From NCBI GenBank assembly GCA_018823885.1, contig JAHJHG010000001.1:42439-106438 (forward strand): DNA of 64,000 nt, written 5' to 3'. A model generated the notes under the pieces. The model was not told where the DNA came from. It searched no databases and was given only the letters and a program-made list of their open reading frames with translations. Positions 8,095-18,042 of the stretch are shown piece by piece. Within the stretch, counting starts at the first letter, position 1; the number at the start of each line of letters is the position of its first letter. The DNA is from Patescibacteria group bacterium (lineage in GTDB: Bacteria > Patescibacteriota > Microgenomatia > UBA8517). Both the position numbers and the translations under genes were made by a program.

Positions 8095-9882
8095 ATGTCA
8101 GAGGTACAAGACAAAAAACTAAATAGTTTATCTAAAAAAGAACAACAACTTTGGGCAATGCGCCACAGTGCCGAGCATGTCTTGACCCAAACAATGTTGA
8201 AACTGTATCCAGGTCTAAAAATGGCCATGGGCCCAGCCACTGAAGATGGCTTCTATTTCGACTTCGACTATGAGGGTAAAATCTCCGAAGATAGTTTCGC
8301 AAAGATAGAGGCGGAGATGAAAAATATTATCAAAAAGGACCTTCCCTTCAAAAAGAAAATTATTTCTGTTTCAGAAGCGAAAAAACTTTTTGAGGGAAAC
8401 GAATACAAGCAAGAATGGCTTGATGAAATTGAAGAACGCAAAGAAAAGGCAACTGTATATTGGACGGCAGATGAGTTCGTAGATTTGTGTGCTGGCCCCC
8501 ATGTATCATCGACAGGAGATATAGGCCCTTTTAAACTCTTGTCTGTTGCTGGTGCTTATTGGCGGGGAGACGAAAAAAACAAAATGCTTACCAGGATTTA
8601 TGGAACCGTATTTCCCACCCAAAAGGAATTGGACAAGTATCTTTCAATGCTTGAGGAAGCCAGAAGAAGAGACCACAGAAAAATAGGCAAAGAGTTAGAT
8701 CTTTTTACATTTTCTGATTTAGTTGGCCCAGGCCTTCCTTTATATACACCCAAAGGAGGAATGTTAAGACTTTTAGTTAATGAGCATGTAGAAAGCATTC
8801 AATCAAAGCAGGGGTATCATCAGGTTTGGACTCCTCAATTTGCCAAAGCAGAACTATTCAAAACATCTGGCCATTACGACAAATACAAAGAAGGTATGTT
8901 TAAGGTTGTTTCTAATCATACAGATGAAGAGTTTTTCCTAAAACCAATGAATTGTCCACAACATACCCAGATATATGCAAGCAAGCCAAGAAGCTATCGA
9001 GAACTTCCACTTAGAATAACTGATTTTGCCATGCTGTATAGAGATGAAAAGCCAGGAGAGTTGTCAGGACTAGCTAGAACAAGAGCCTTTTCCCAGGATG
9101 ATTGCCATGTCTTCTGCAGGGAAGACCAAGTAGATGATGAGATTGACACAATGCTTCAAATGATCAAGGAGGTTATGTCTGTGTATGGATTTAAATATCG
9201 CTACAGGCTTTCAACAAGAGACCCAAAAAAACCAAAAGATTACATCGGCGATCCAAAGACTTGGAAGAAAGTAGAAGAATGGGCAGAGAAAATTATGGAG
9301 AGAAATAAAATTGAACACTTTGATGCTCCGGGAGAAGCTGCGTTCTATGCACCCAAAATGGATCTATTAGCAACCGATTCTCTAGGTCGCGAGTGGCAAT
9401 TATCCACTATCCAGATTGATTATTTCATGCCTGAAAGATTCAAGTTGAAATATGTAGACAAAGACGGCAAAGAAAAAAGGCCAGTCATGCTTCACAGGGC
9501 AATTATTGGTTCGCCTGAAAGGTTTTTAATGGTTTTGATTGAGCATTATGCTGGTGCCTTCCCTGTCTGGCTTTCTCCCGTTCAAGCTAAAATATTACCG
9601 ATTACTGATCGTAATCTTAAATACGCAAAGACAATCGCCGAAGAATTAATGGCTGAGGATATTAGGGTTGAAATCGATGAAAGAAATGAGACTTTACCGG
9701 CCAAGATAAGAAATGCTCAACTTGAAAAAGTTCCCTACATGCTTGTCCTTGGCGACAAAGAAGAAAAAAACAAAAAAGTTTCTTTGCGATTGCGTACAGA
9801 AAAAGATCTTGGTGCAATATCCTTAAAAACATTTATTGAAAGAGTGAAAAAAACTATTGAAGAGAAATCACTAAAGCTGTAA
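8095..9882 (+). CDS. thrS: threonyl-tRNA synthetase lacking N-terminal TGS domain (ORF-track TTG at 8077; ATG 8095 preferred)
   Basis: Class II motifs (LYRDEKPGELSGLARTRAFSQDDCHVF; GSPERF), N2 editing-domain remnant HSAEHVLT, C-terminal anticodon-binding domain. Confidence 0.9.
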   Translation: MSEVQDKKLNSLSKKEQQLWAMRHSAEHVLTQTMLKLYPGLKMAMGPATEDGFYFDFDYEGKISEDSFAKIEAEMKNIIKKDLPFKKKIISVSEAKKLFEGNEYKQEWLDEIEERKEKATVYWTADEFVDLCAGPHVSSTGDIGPFKLLSVAGAYWRGDEKNKMLTRIYGTVFPTQKELDKYLSMLEEARRRDHRKIGKELDLFTFSDLVGPGLPLYTPKGGMLRLLVNEHVESIQSKQGYHQVWTPQFAKAELFKTSGHYDKYKEGMFKVVSNHTDEEFFLKPMNCPQHTQIYASKPRSYRELPLRITDFAMLYRDEKPGELSGLARTRAFSQDDCHVFCREDQVDDEIDTMLQMIKEVMSVYGFKYRYRLSTRDPKKPKDYIGDPKTWKKVEEWAEKIMERNKIEHFDAPGEAAFYAPKMDLLATDSLGREWQLSTIQIDYFMPERFKLKYVDKDGKEKRPVMLHRAIIGSPERFLMVLIEHYAGAFPVWLSPVQAKILPITDRNLKYAKTIAEELMAEDIRVEIDERNETLPAKIRNAQLEKVPYMLVLGDKEEKNKKVSLRLRTEKDLGAISLKTFIERVKKTIEEKSLKL

Positions 9883-9890
9883 TTTTGTAA

Positions 9891-10562
9891 TTGTGGTACA
9901 GCTTTAATAGTGTTACAATTTGTGCGTATAAGTTGAGAAGAAAAAATATATACTGGCGAACCAATGAGCAGATACGCGCCCCGGAGGTGAGAGTAATCGG
10001 GAGCGGTGGTAAACAACTTGGAGTAATTGATATCAATAAAGCCCTAGCTTTAGCTAAAAAAGAAGGGCTTGATTTAGTAGAAATAGCTCCATATGCCAAA
10101 CCACCTGTTGCAAGGATCGTTGATATAGGCAAATTTAAATACGAAGAATTGAAAAAGCAAAAAGCTCAGAAGAAAAAGACTAAAGCTTCAGAGCAAAAGG
10201 AAATAAGGTTCTCACCTTTTATTGGAGAGGCAGATTACAACACTCGTTTGATACGAATTAAAGAGTTTTTAGACGATAAAAGCAAGATTAAAGTTGTTGT
10301 CAAATTTAAGGGTAGGCAAATGGGAAGCAAACAATTTGGGTATAAGTTGTTTGAAAGATTACTAGATGATCTAAAAGGCCGTGTCGGTATAGATATGAGT
10401 CCCAAATTTCTAGGAAGACACTTAATTATGATAATATCACCGATTGCAGGGGGAACGAAGAAAAAGGAAAAAGCTTCTCCTAAGCCTAAAGCCAAGGGGA
10501 ATAAGAAAGAAACCAAGAAGGTAACTAAAGAAACTAAAAAAGATGCCAAAACAAAAAACTAG
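9891..10562 (+). CDS. infC: translation initiation factor IF-3 with lysine-rich C-terminal tail; true start probably non-AUG (ATT 9918 / TTG 9933 / ATA 9948)
   Basis: [51 protein letters not shown] is canonical IF3 N-domain; IF3 genes classically use AUU starts. Confidence 0.85.
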   Translation: MWYSFNSVTICAYKLRRKNIYWRTNEQIRAPEVRVIGSGGKQLGVIDINKALALAKKEGLDLVEIAPYAKPPVARIVDIGKFKYEELKKQKAQKKKTKASEQKEIRFSPFIGEADYNTRLIRIKEFLDDKSKIKVVVKFKGRQMGSKQFGYKLFERLLDDLKGRVGIDMSPKFLGRHLIMIISPIAGGTKKKEKASPKPKAKGNKKETKKVTKETKKDAKTKN

Positions 10563-10743
10563 AAAATCAATCACAAAAAGGTTCAGAGTTACAAAAACAG
10601 GCAAAGTCATGAGAAGGCGGTCATTTGCCCGTCATTTAAATGAAAAAAAGTCTAGTAGCCGAAAAAGGGCCTTAAGAAGAACTGTTGAGACTAAAAAATC
10701 CTATGCCAAAAGAATTAAAAAAGCATTAGGTAAAGGAAGGTAA
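10543..10743 (+). CDS. rpmI: 50S ribosomal protein L35
   Basis: [26 protein letters not shown]; overlaps infC end (translational coupling). Confidence 0.9.
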   Translation: MPKQKTRKSITKRFRVTKTGKVMRRRSFARHLNEKKSSSRKRALRRTVETKKSYAKRIKKALGKGR

Positions 10744-10748
10744 TTAAT

Positions 10749-11087
10749 ATGCCAAGAGTAAAAAGTATATCTGCAAAAAGACATAGGAAAGTTAAAAAAG
10801 CCGCCAAAGGCTTTAAACATGCTAGAAGCAGGCGTGTCAAAACCGCTAAAGAAGCACTTCTTCATGCTGGACAATATGCCTTTATTGGAAGAAAACTGAA
10901 AAAAAGAGACTTAAGAAGTTTGTGGATTAAAAGAATAAATGCGGCCGCAAGAGAGCATGATCTTTCGTATAGCAAACTAATTGCCGGACTGATAAAGAAC
11001 AAGATTGAATTAGATAGAAAAATCCTTGCTGATATAGCCGTTCATGATTCAGCAACTTTCAAAAAAATTGTTGACGCTATAAAATAA
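10749..11087 (+). CDS. rplT: 50S ribosomal protein L20
   Basis: MPRVKSISAKRHRKVKKAAKGFKHARSRRVKTAKEALLHAGQYAF.. canonical L20. Confidence 0.9.
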   Translation: MPRVKSISAKRHRKVKKAAKGFKHARSRRVKTAKEALLHAGQYAFIGRKLKKRDLRSLWIKRINAAAREHDLSYSKLIAGLIKNKIELDRKILADIAVHDSATFKKIVDAIK

Positions 11088-11140
11088 CCTTGATGAAAAA
11101 CTTTTTCTCCATCAGTTTTTACTTTAGAATGAAGTAATCT

Positions 11141-11190
11141 GTGGAGATTGGCAAATCTTGTACGCAACTCTCCACTCGGGGAGTTTTTTT
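11141..11190 (+). promoter_or_regulatory. alternative-hairpin element (attenuator/terminator) between rplT and pheS
   Basis: GTGGAGA(11141-11147)...TCTCCAC(11169-11175) 7-bp stem mutually exclusive with CTCC-ACTCGG-GGAG + T7 terminator-like hairpin (11170-11190). Confidence 0.35.
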
Positions 11191-11203
11191 ATAGATAAAG
11201 TAT

Positions 11204-12259
11204 ATGCAAAAAGGAATAGAAAACATAAATAAATTCACTTCCATCATGCTTGATGTTAAAAACGAAGCTTTAGCGCAAATAGTTGATGCAGGAAACATAA
11301 ACGAACTAGAGGAATTAAAAATCGCCTACTTGGGCCGAAACGGTAAATTAACAACATTAATTAAGAAAATTAAGGATCTTTCCATTAGTGAAAAAAAGCA
11401 AGCAGGAGGCTTAATAAACGAAGTCAAAAATACAATCCTCGATGCCCTCGCCACTCAAAAGAATACTCTAAAGGAATCAGCCAGGGACTGGTTTGATGCA
11501 AGCATACCTGGCAAGAAGCCCACAATCGGACACCTGCATCTAATCACCCAAGCAATTCGGGAAATCAGCAGTACTTTTGAAAAAATAGGCTTCGTCAGAG
11601 TAAGATATCCGGAGGTTGAATGGGATTGGTATGCTTTCGAGTCTCTTAATATACCCAGGGATCACCCTGCACGAGACGACTGGGAAACATTCTTTATTGA
11701 TACGCCACCGCATTCCAAATATGGTCTAATGGTATTAACACCCCACACATCCTCTGGGCAAGTTCGAGAAATGATGAGAGTCAAGAAACCTCCGATACGC
11801 ATGCTAAATATTGCTAAAAACTATCGGAGGCAATCAGATGTTAGTCATGTTCCCATGTTTCATCAGTTTGAAGGCTTGGTGATAGATGAGGGAATATCAG
11901 TTGCTCATCTTAAAGGCACCTTAGATTACTTCGCCAGGAATTTTTTTGGCAAAGATAGGAAAACCAGATTAAGACCCCACCATTTTCAATTTACGGAGCC
12001 TTCATTTGAAGTGGATATCAGTTGCGGTGTCTGTAAGGGTAATGGGTGCAAGCTCTGCAAGGAAGGCTGGCTCGAACTCGGAGGCGCCGGAATGGTTCAC
12101 CCGAATGTACTAAAAAACGGGAAAATTGATCCCAATAAATATACCGGCTTTGCTTTCGGTTGGGGAGTAGAAAGAACATTTATGATGAAAGCTGGTCTTG
12201 AAATAGGAGATATAAGACTTTTATACAGTCCTGATTTGAAATTTTTAAGGCAATTCTAA
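11204..12259 (+). CDS. pheS: phenylalanyl-tRNA synthetase alpha subunit
   Basis: Class II core motifs (FESLNIPRDHPARD; GLELGGAGMVHP; FGWGVERTFMM). Confidence 0.9.
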   Translation: MQKGIENINKFTSIMLDVKNEALAQIVDAGNINELEELKIAYLGRNGKLTTLIKKIKDLSISEKKQAGGLINEVKNTILDALATQKNTLKESARDWFDASIPGKKPTIGHLHLITQAIREISSTFEKIGFVRVRYPEVEWDWYAFESLNIPRDHPARDDWETFFIDTPPHSKYGLMVLTPHTSSGQVREMMRVKKPPIRMLNIAKNYRRQSDVSHVPMFHQFEGLVIDEGISVAHLKGTLDYFARNFFGKDRKTRLRPHHFQFTEPSFEVDISCGVCKGNGCKLCKEGWLELGGAGMVHPNVLKNGKIDPNKYTGFAFGWGVERTFMMKAGLEIGDIRLLYSPDLKFLRQF

Positions 12260-12260
12260 A

Positions 12261-14213
12261 ATGGATATTATCGTTTCCGACAACTGGCTGAAAGATTATC
12301 TTAAAACAACCGCTTCGCCTAAAGCATTGGCTCGAAGTTTGTCTCTATCCGGTCCCTCTGTAGACAAAATAGAAAGAGGGAGTGGCGACTTCCTTTACCA
12401 TATCGAAATCACCACAAATAGAGTTGATACAGCTGGTATTTACGGAATCGCCAGAGAAGCAGCCGCAATATTGCCAAGATTTAAAATACAAGCCAAGTTA
12501 TTACCCCTGAGAACAAAATCAAAACAGAGCTTTGCTCGTAAAGTTAAATACCTGGATGTAAAAATCGACCCCAAGCTTTGTCTGCGCTTCGCCGCGGTTC
12601 TGATCAAAAATGTAAAGATAAAACCATCGCCGGACTATATAAAAGAAAGGCTGATGGCCGTTGGGGAGAGGCCCATCAACAACATTGTTGATATTTCCAA
12701 CTACATCATGCATGAAATTGGCCAACCAGTTCACACCTTTGACTACGATAAAATTCGAGGTTCAAAAATGATATTAAGAGCAAGCAAGAAAGGTGAAAAA
12801 CTAACCACCTTAGACGGAAAAACTCACCAATTGCCGGGTGGAGATATCGTTATTGAAGACGGAGAGGGAAGGCTTATTGATCTAGCTGGAATAATGGGAG
12901 GACAAAATAGTGCTGTCGATTCCAGTACGAAAAACGTACTCCTTTTTGTGCAAACATACAATCCAGTCAATATCAGGAAGACATACATGAATTTGGCTCA
13001 AAGAACCGAGGCGGCCGTGCTATTTGAAAAAGGCTTAGATACTGAACTTGTCGGCCTAGGAATAAAACGGGGAATTGACCTTTTTGTTAAGCTAACTGGT
13101 GGCAAACCTGAAAATACAGTCCTTGATATCTATCCTAAGCCATATAAAGCAAGAAGAGTTATAACAACCCTTACGTTTTTTGAGAAGAGACTTGGAATTA
13201 AATTATCAAAAAGTGAAATCTCAAAATATCTGAACCTTCTTGGATTTGAAACCTCGTGGAATGGGAAAAAACTTGAAACCCTAGTTCCTTCTTTTCGAGC
13301 CAATGATATATTCTTAGCCGAAGACATTTTGGAAGAGGTAGCCAGACTTTATGGATACCACAATCTGCCAAGCAGCCTCATGACTGGCGCCATTCCTGAC
13401 CCATTAGTAGATGCTCCGTTTGATTTTGAAGACAACATTAAAAACTTGCTTTCAGGCTGGGGAGGGGTAGAAGCCTATACTTTGTCTACAGTACCCGAAA
13501 GTTCAGTGGAAACAGGAGCACTCAAGTTAAAAAACCCTTTAGGAAAAGAATCTTCTTTTATGAGAACTTCGCTTATGCCTTCTCTTATTAAAGCTCTTAA
13601 GGAAAACACCGGCGAGAAAGAACCCTTTCACTTGTTTGAAATAGCCAACGCCTATCTTCCAAGAAAAAATATGTTGCCCGATGAAAAAATGATCCTCGCC
13701 GGCATATTTGCGAATACTAATTACAGAGAAGCCAAAGGTATCATTGAAGCACTCCTCGAAAAATTGAATGCCGATGTTAAGTTTGTTGTAGAAGACGGAA
13801 AAGTATTTTCGGCCTCAAAAAGAAGTATCATTAAATCAAATAATGTAAAAATTGGACAACTAGGTGTTTTGGAAGAAAGTTCGATATATTATGAATTTGA
13901 TTTAGGTCTTCTAAAAAAAATAAGTTTAGCAATTACCCCTTATACAACCATCCCGAAATACCCTGCACAAATTGAGGACATGACACTTGTACTCCCTTCA
14001 AAAACGAGGATAGGAGAAGTTGCTGCTTTTATAGAATCCGCTCATAAAAATCTCGTTAAAGTAGAGCTAGTTACAATCTACAAAGACTCGCACACATTCA
14101 GATTATGGTATCAACATCCGGAAAAAACTCTTAATAACAAGGATGTAGAAATAATAAGAAACAAGGTTGTTAGTGGCCTGAGAGAAAAATTTGGAGCAAG
14201 GACAAAGGACTAG
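12261..14213 (+). CDS. pheT: phenylalanyl-tRNA synthetase beta subunit (short, 650 aa)
   Basis: Immediately follows pheS; B3/B4 and B5 domain signatures, C-terminal ferredoxin-fold anticodon-binding domain. Confidence 0.85.
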   Translation: MDIIVSDNWLKDYLKTTASPKALARSLSLSGPSVDKIERGSGDFLYHIEITTNRVDTAGIYGIAREAAAILPRFKIQAKLLPLRTKSKQSFARKVKYLDVKIDPKLCLRFAAVLIKNVKIKPSPDYIKERLMAVGERPINNIVDISNYIMHEIGQPVHTFDYDKIRGSKMILRASKKGEKLTTLDGKTHQLPGGDIVIEDGEGRLIDLAGIMGGQNSAVDSSTKNVLLFVQTYNPVNIRKTYMNLAQRTEAAVLFEKGLDTELVGLGIKRGIDLFVKLTGGKPENTVLDIYPKPYKARRVITTLTFFEKRLGIKLSKSEISKYLNLLGFETSWNGKKLETLVPSFRANDIFLAEDILEEVARLYGYHNLPSSLMTGAIPDPLVDAPFDFEDNIKNLLSGWGGVEAYTLSTVPESSVETGALKLKNPLGKESSFMRTSLMPSLIKALKENTGEKEPFHLFEIANAYLPRKNMLPDEKMILAGIFANTNYREAKGIIEALLEKLNADVKFVVEDGKVFSASKRSIIKSNNVKIGQLGVLEESSIYYEFDLGLLKKISLAITPYTTIPKYPAQIEDMTLVLPSKTRIGEVAAFIESAHKNLVKVELVTIYKDSHTFRLWYQHPEKTLNNKDVEIIRNKVVSGLREKFGARTKD

Positions 14214-14230
14214 TCAGCCTTTGTATGCCC

Positions 14231-16810
14231 TCATGGAGCAGCAGTGGGGATGGGTGTAGGAGAAAAATCCCAGGTGACGTTAACTCCGATTGTAATCGTT
14301 CTATCTGATTCCTTCCCTTTTTCGTCTCTTGCCTTGGCCCTTAGTTTATGTACCCCATCTGCAAGATCCACTTCGTGTTTAAAAGGTGGACCCGTAAATG
14401 TTCTTACCTTAGTTCCATCAACCTCAAGTTCGATTTGAACAATATTGGCTGTAGAGTCGGCCCGAACTTCAATTGTGAATTTGTTCGGCAAATTTGAAGA
14501 TCTGTCGGTAGGATTTACAAATTCAACGTTTACAGGATTTGATGTGCCACAATAGTCGGATGGGGGGTGGTACCGTCCATCCCCTTGAGAGGATAACCAT
14601 TCATTGATTCCTTCTTGCCAACGGTTAGTACCTCCTGAACCGGCCGTAGGGTCTTCTTCCTTAAATACAAAATATTCCTTTTCATCATAATTGCCAGCGG
14701 CAACATCACTTGGGGTTGCCAGTTTCCCATCAGTCTTGCAAACCTTCAACTTAGCATGGATCGGATCTTCTCCAGGTTCCGTTCCTTTAATAAATTGTTC
14801 TATCCTTGAAGGAAAGCCATCATGAGCTCTATAACCCGATATTGTGTCAACAGCCGCAGTTATAATTCCTGAAGGAACCTCCGGGCTAGTATTAGATTTT
14901 CCTTGAAGTGCGGCCATAACTATCCTTCTCCAAATAGGGGAAGCACCGGTTACTCCCGAAGCAACTTGAAGCATCGGTGAGTTATCATTATTACCCACCC
15001 AAACACCAACCACAGCCTGTGGACCTCCGCCTACAGTCCAATTGTCTCTCTTGTCGTTTGTTGTTCCGGTTTTTACAGCAATGTCGCGGCCAGGAATATT
15101 GAGAAGTGAATTTGTCCCGAAAATCTCAGTTCTCGCACTGTTATCCGATAAAATATCAAAAATCATATATGCTAACTCCTCTGAAATCACCCTTTTCCCC
15201 TTTTCGGGTTCATGTTCCTCCAGTACCTTACCATCCTTATCTTCTACTTTAAGTATGCCAACAGGCTCAACTACATGCCCACCATTCATAAATGTAGAAT
15301 ATGCCCCAGTAAGTTCTAGCAGTTTTACTTCACCACCGCCAAGCGTCAAAGAAAGACCTACTTTGTTCATCATTTCATTGGTAGGCTTAAGAGAAGTAAT
15401 TCCCAAATCATAGGCAGTTTGCAAGGTATCTTTTATCCCCACAAGGGCAAGCACTTTTACGGCAGCAACGTTAATCGAATTGCCTAGGGTGTACCGCAGC
15501 TGCATTGGACCTCTATATTCACCGTCATAATTGACTGGCTCATAATCAGGTTGGCCAATGCCACCCGGAAAAGTTGTTGGCACATCCATGATAAGCGACG
15601 AAGCAGTGTATCCTTCCTTAAACGCAGTAAGGTAGGTAATTGGCTTAATTGCAGAGCCGGGCTGTCTTAATCGAGTCGTGACATTTACTTGACCATCAAT
15701 GTCAGGGTCGCTAAATCCGCGCGAACCAACCATGGCGAGGATTTCTCCCGTTTCAGGGTCCAAAACAACAGCTGCTCCATTAGAAATCTTAAGTCCTGTT
15801 ACTTTATCTATTTCTTCTTTAACCGTATCTTCTGCACTTTCCTGAAGTTCCAAATCAAGAGTGGTGGTCACCTTCAAGCCACCTTGTTCAACTACATTTT
15901 CTCCATATCTATCTTCTAGAATTTTCTGTACATATTGAACAAAATGCGGTGCTTTAAAACTTGCTCCACGTTCTTGAAATTTCACATTCTCAATTTCACC
16001 TAAAGCTGACTCCTCTTGTTCCTTTGTAATATAGTCATCCTCTCTCATTCTCCTTAGCACCTGCTCTGTTCTACCTATATATGCATCCGGAGTTGAAGAA
16101 TATGGGGAATATGCGGAAGGTCTTTGCGGCAGTCCCGCCAAAATTGCCGATTCAACTAAGTTTAAATCTTTTACTTTTTTGCCATAATATGTTTCAGCGG
16201 CAGTTTCAACACCGAAGGCCGTCCCACCATAGGGAACCTCGTTTAAATACATTTTAAGTATCTCGTCCTTCGAATATTTCCTTTCGATTTGAATCGATAA
16301 TAAAAACTCCCTGACTTTCCTAAAAATTGTTCTCTCCGGAGAAAGCAATGCGTTCTTGACAAGCTGCTGTGTTAATGTTGAGCCACCTTGAATTCTGCCC
16401 CGAAAAACAATATTAAGTATTGCTCTAAAAAATCCTGTAGGGTCAAAGCCTTTGTGTTCATAGAAGTTCTTATCTTCAATGGCAATCGTGGCCTGCCTTA
16501 GAAAAAGAGGAATATCGTCCAGTTCAACAGGAGTTCTTCTTTCGTCGACAAAAATATCATATAAAACTTCGCCATTTCTATCTAAAATCTTTGTCGAGAA
16601 ACCGTCCCTTCTTACAATTTTATCTGGGGAGGGGAGGTTAAAGGCAAATAGGGGAATGGCAATAAACGAAATAACCAACAAGACAGCAACACCAATAAAT
16701 GCATATCTAGACCAAAGGGCAATCTTTTTACTTTTAATTACCCTTTGTGAACGCAAGCCAGTTGATCGCCTCAACCTTCTTCTATTTAAAGTCCGTTTCC
16801 ACCTTGCCAT
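14231..16810 (-). CDS. class A penicillin-binding protein (glycosyltransferase GT51 + transpeptidase) with C-terminal Ig-like extension
   Basis: N-terminal TM; GT51 motifs (IAIEDKNFYEHKGFD, GGSTLTQQLVKN); SxxK (SAIKP), SxN, KTGT transpeptidase motifs; extra approx 150-aa beta-rich C-terminal domain. Confidence 0.85.
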   Translation of the reverse strand: MARWKRTLNRRRLRRSTGLRSQRVIKSKKIALWSRYAFIGVAVLLVISFIAIPLFAFNLPSPDKIVRRDGFSTKILDRNGEVLYDIFVDERRTPVELDDIPLFLRQATIAIEDKNFYEHKGFDPTGFFRAILNIVFRGRIQGGSTLTQQLVKNALLSPERTIFRKVREFLLSIQIERKYSKDEILKMYLNEVPYGGTAFGVETAAETYYGKKVKDLNLVESAILAGLPQRPSAYSPYSSTPDAYIGRTEQVLRRMREDDYITKEQEESALGEIENVKFQERGASFKAPHFVQYVQKILEDRYGENVVEQGGLKVTTTLDLELQESAEDTVKEEIDKVTGLKISNGAAVVLDPETGEILAMVGSRGFSDPDIDGQVNVTTRLRQPGSAIKPITYLTAFKEGYTASSLIMDVPTTFPGGIGQPDYEPVNYDGEYRGPMQLRYTLGNSINVAAVKVLALVGIKDTLQTAYDLGITSLKPTNEMMNKVGLSLTLGGGEVKLLELTGAYSTFMNGGHVVEPVGILKVEDKDGKVLEEHEPEKGKRVISEELAYMIFDILSDNSARTEIFGTNSLLNIPGRDIAVKTGTTNDKRDNWTVGGGPQAVVGVWVGNNDNSPMLQVASGVTGASPIWRRIVMAALQGKSNTSPEVPSGIITAAVDTISGYRAHDGFPSRIEQFIKGTEPGEDPIHAKLKVCKTDGKLATPSDVAAGNYDEKEYFVFKEEDPTAGSGGTNRWQEGINEWLSSQGDGRYHPPSDYCGTSNPVNVEFVNPTDRSSNLPNKFTIEVRADSTANIVQIELEVDGTKVRTFTGPPFKHEVDLADGVHKLRAKARDEKGKESDRTITIGVNVTWDFSPTPIPTAAP

Positions 16811-16896
16811 AATATATAGTTATTGTAGCAAAATACTGCACATCATTAAATTAACAGGCTTTGACCAAGCAAGTTTTGCAGGATAAAATAGATATC

Positions 16897-18042
16897 ATGT
16901 CCGAGAAAGACAAAGAAATTGAAAAGGTATTAACAAGAGGTGTGGCCAATATTTTACCCACCAAAGAAGGATTGGCTTCCCTGATGGCCAAAAAGAAGAT
17001 AACTCTCTATCAAGGATTCGACCCTTCCAGTAAAAATCTTCACATCGGTAATTGGATTGGCATAAGAAAGCTTGCTCAGTTTCAACAATTGGGACATCAA
17101 GTAATATTTCTGATTGGTGATTTTACAGGGATGATCGGCGACCCAACGGATAAAAGCGCTGCAAGAAAAAAAATGAGCAAAGAGCAGGCCCGCAAAAATG
17201 CAAAAGAATACACTCAACAAGTAGGGAAAACTTTAAAGTTCACAGGATCAAATGCCGCCAAGGTTCTATTTAATTCTGAGTGGCTGTCAAAACTTTCCTT
17301 TGAGGAAGTGGTCGAACTTGCCTCCAATTTTACAGTTCAACAGATGCTCGAACGCGACTTCTTTCAAGATAGAATTAAGAAAAACAAACCCATTCATCTT
17401 CATGAGTTTTTCTACCCACTAATGCAGGGCTATGACTGCGTCGCTATGGACGTTGATTTGGAAATAGGCGGAAGTGACCAACTATTTAATATGCTTGCCG
17501 GCAGAAACTTAATGAAAGCTCTAAAGAATAAAGAAAAATTTGTTCTTACAATGAAATTGCTAACAGATCCATCGGGTGAGAAAATGGGTAAAAGCGAGGG
17601 AAACGTAATAAACATTAACGACACTCCAAACGACATTTTTGGACAAATTATGGCTCTTCCGGACAACTTACTTGAATTGGGTGTAGAGCTATTAACAGAC
17701 CTTCCTTTGGAAACCCTCAAGAAAAAACCTTTGGTTGTTAAAAATTTACTTGCCTATGATGTCGTTGAGCAGCTCTACGGCAAACAGGCAAAGCCATCTC
17801 AAGAATATTTTGATACGACCTTTAGAAAAAAGTCACCGGAATATAAAACAGCTATTGAAAAGGGCATGCTGGTCCAAGTGCTTGTCAAAGCTTCTGGCTA
17901 TAGTGCCTCTGAAGTAAAGAGACTTATTGCGGCAGGTGCGGTCGACATAAACAGCCGAACTATTAAAAATCCATCAATCATGTTAAAAGGCGGAGAAAAA
18001 ATTAAGTTTGGTAAAAAAGATTTTTATATTGTAGAAAAATGA
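16897..18042 (+). CDS. tyrS: tyrosyl-tRNA synthetase (ORF-track TTG at 16861; ATG 16897 preferred)
   Basis: HIGN (HIGH) and KMGKS (KMSKS) class I motifs; S4-like C-terminus. Confidence 0.9.
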   Translation: MSEKDKEIEKVLTRGVANILPTKEGLASLMAKKKITLYQGFDPSSKNLHIGNWIGIRKLAQFQQLGHQVIFLIGDFTGMIGDPTDKSAARKKMSKEQARKNAKEYTQQVGKTLKFTGSNAAKVLFNSEWLSKLSFEEVVELASNFTVQQMLERDFFQDRIKKNKPIHLHEFFYPLMQGYDCVAMDVDLEIGGSDQLFNMLAGRNLMKALKNKEKFVLTMKLLTDPSGEKMGKSEGNVININDTPNDIFGQIMALPDNLLELGVELLTDLPLETLKKKPLVVKNLLAYDVVEQLYGKQAKPSQEYFDTTFRKKSPEYKTAIEKGMLVQVLVKASGYSASEVKRLIAAGAVDINSRTIKNPSIMLKGGEKIKFGKKDFYIVEK

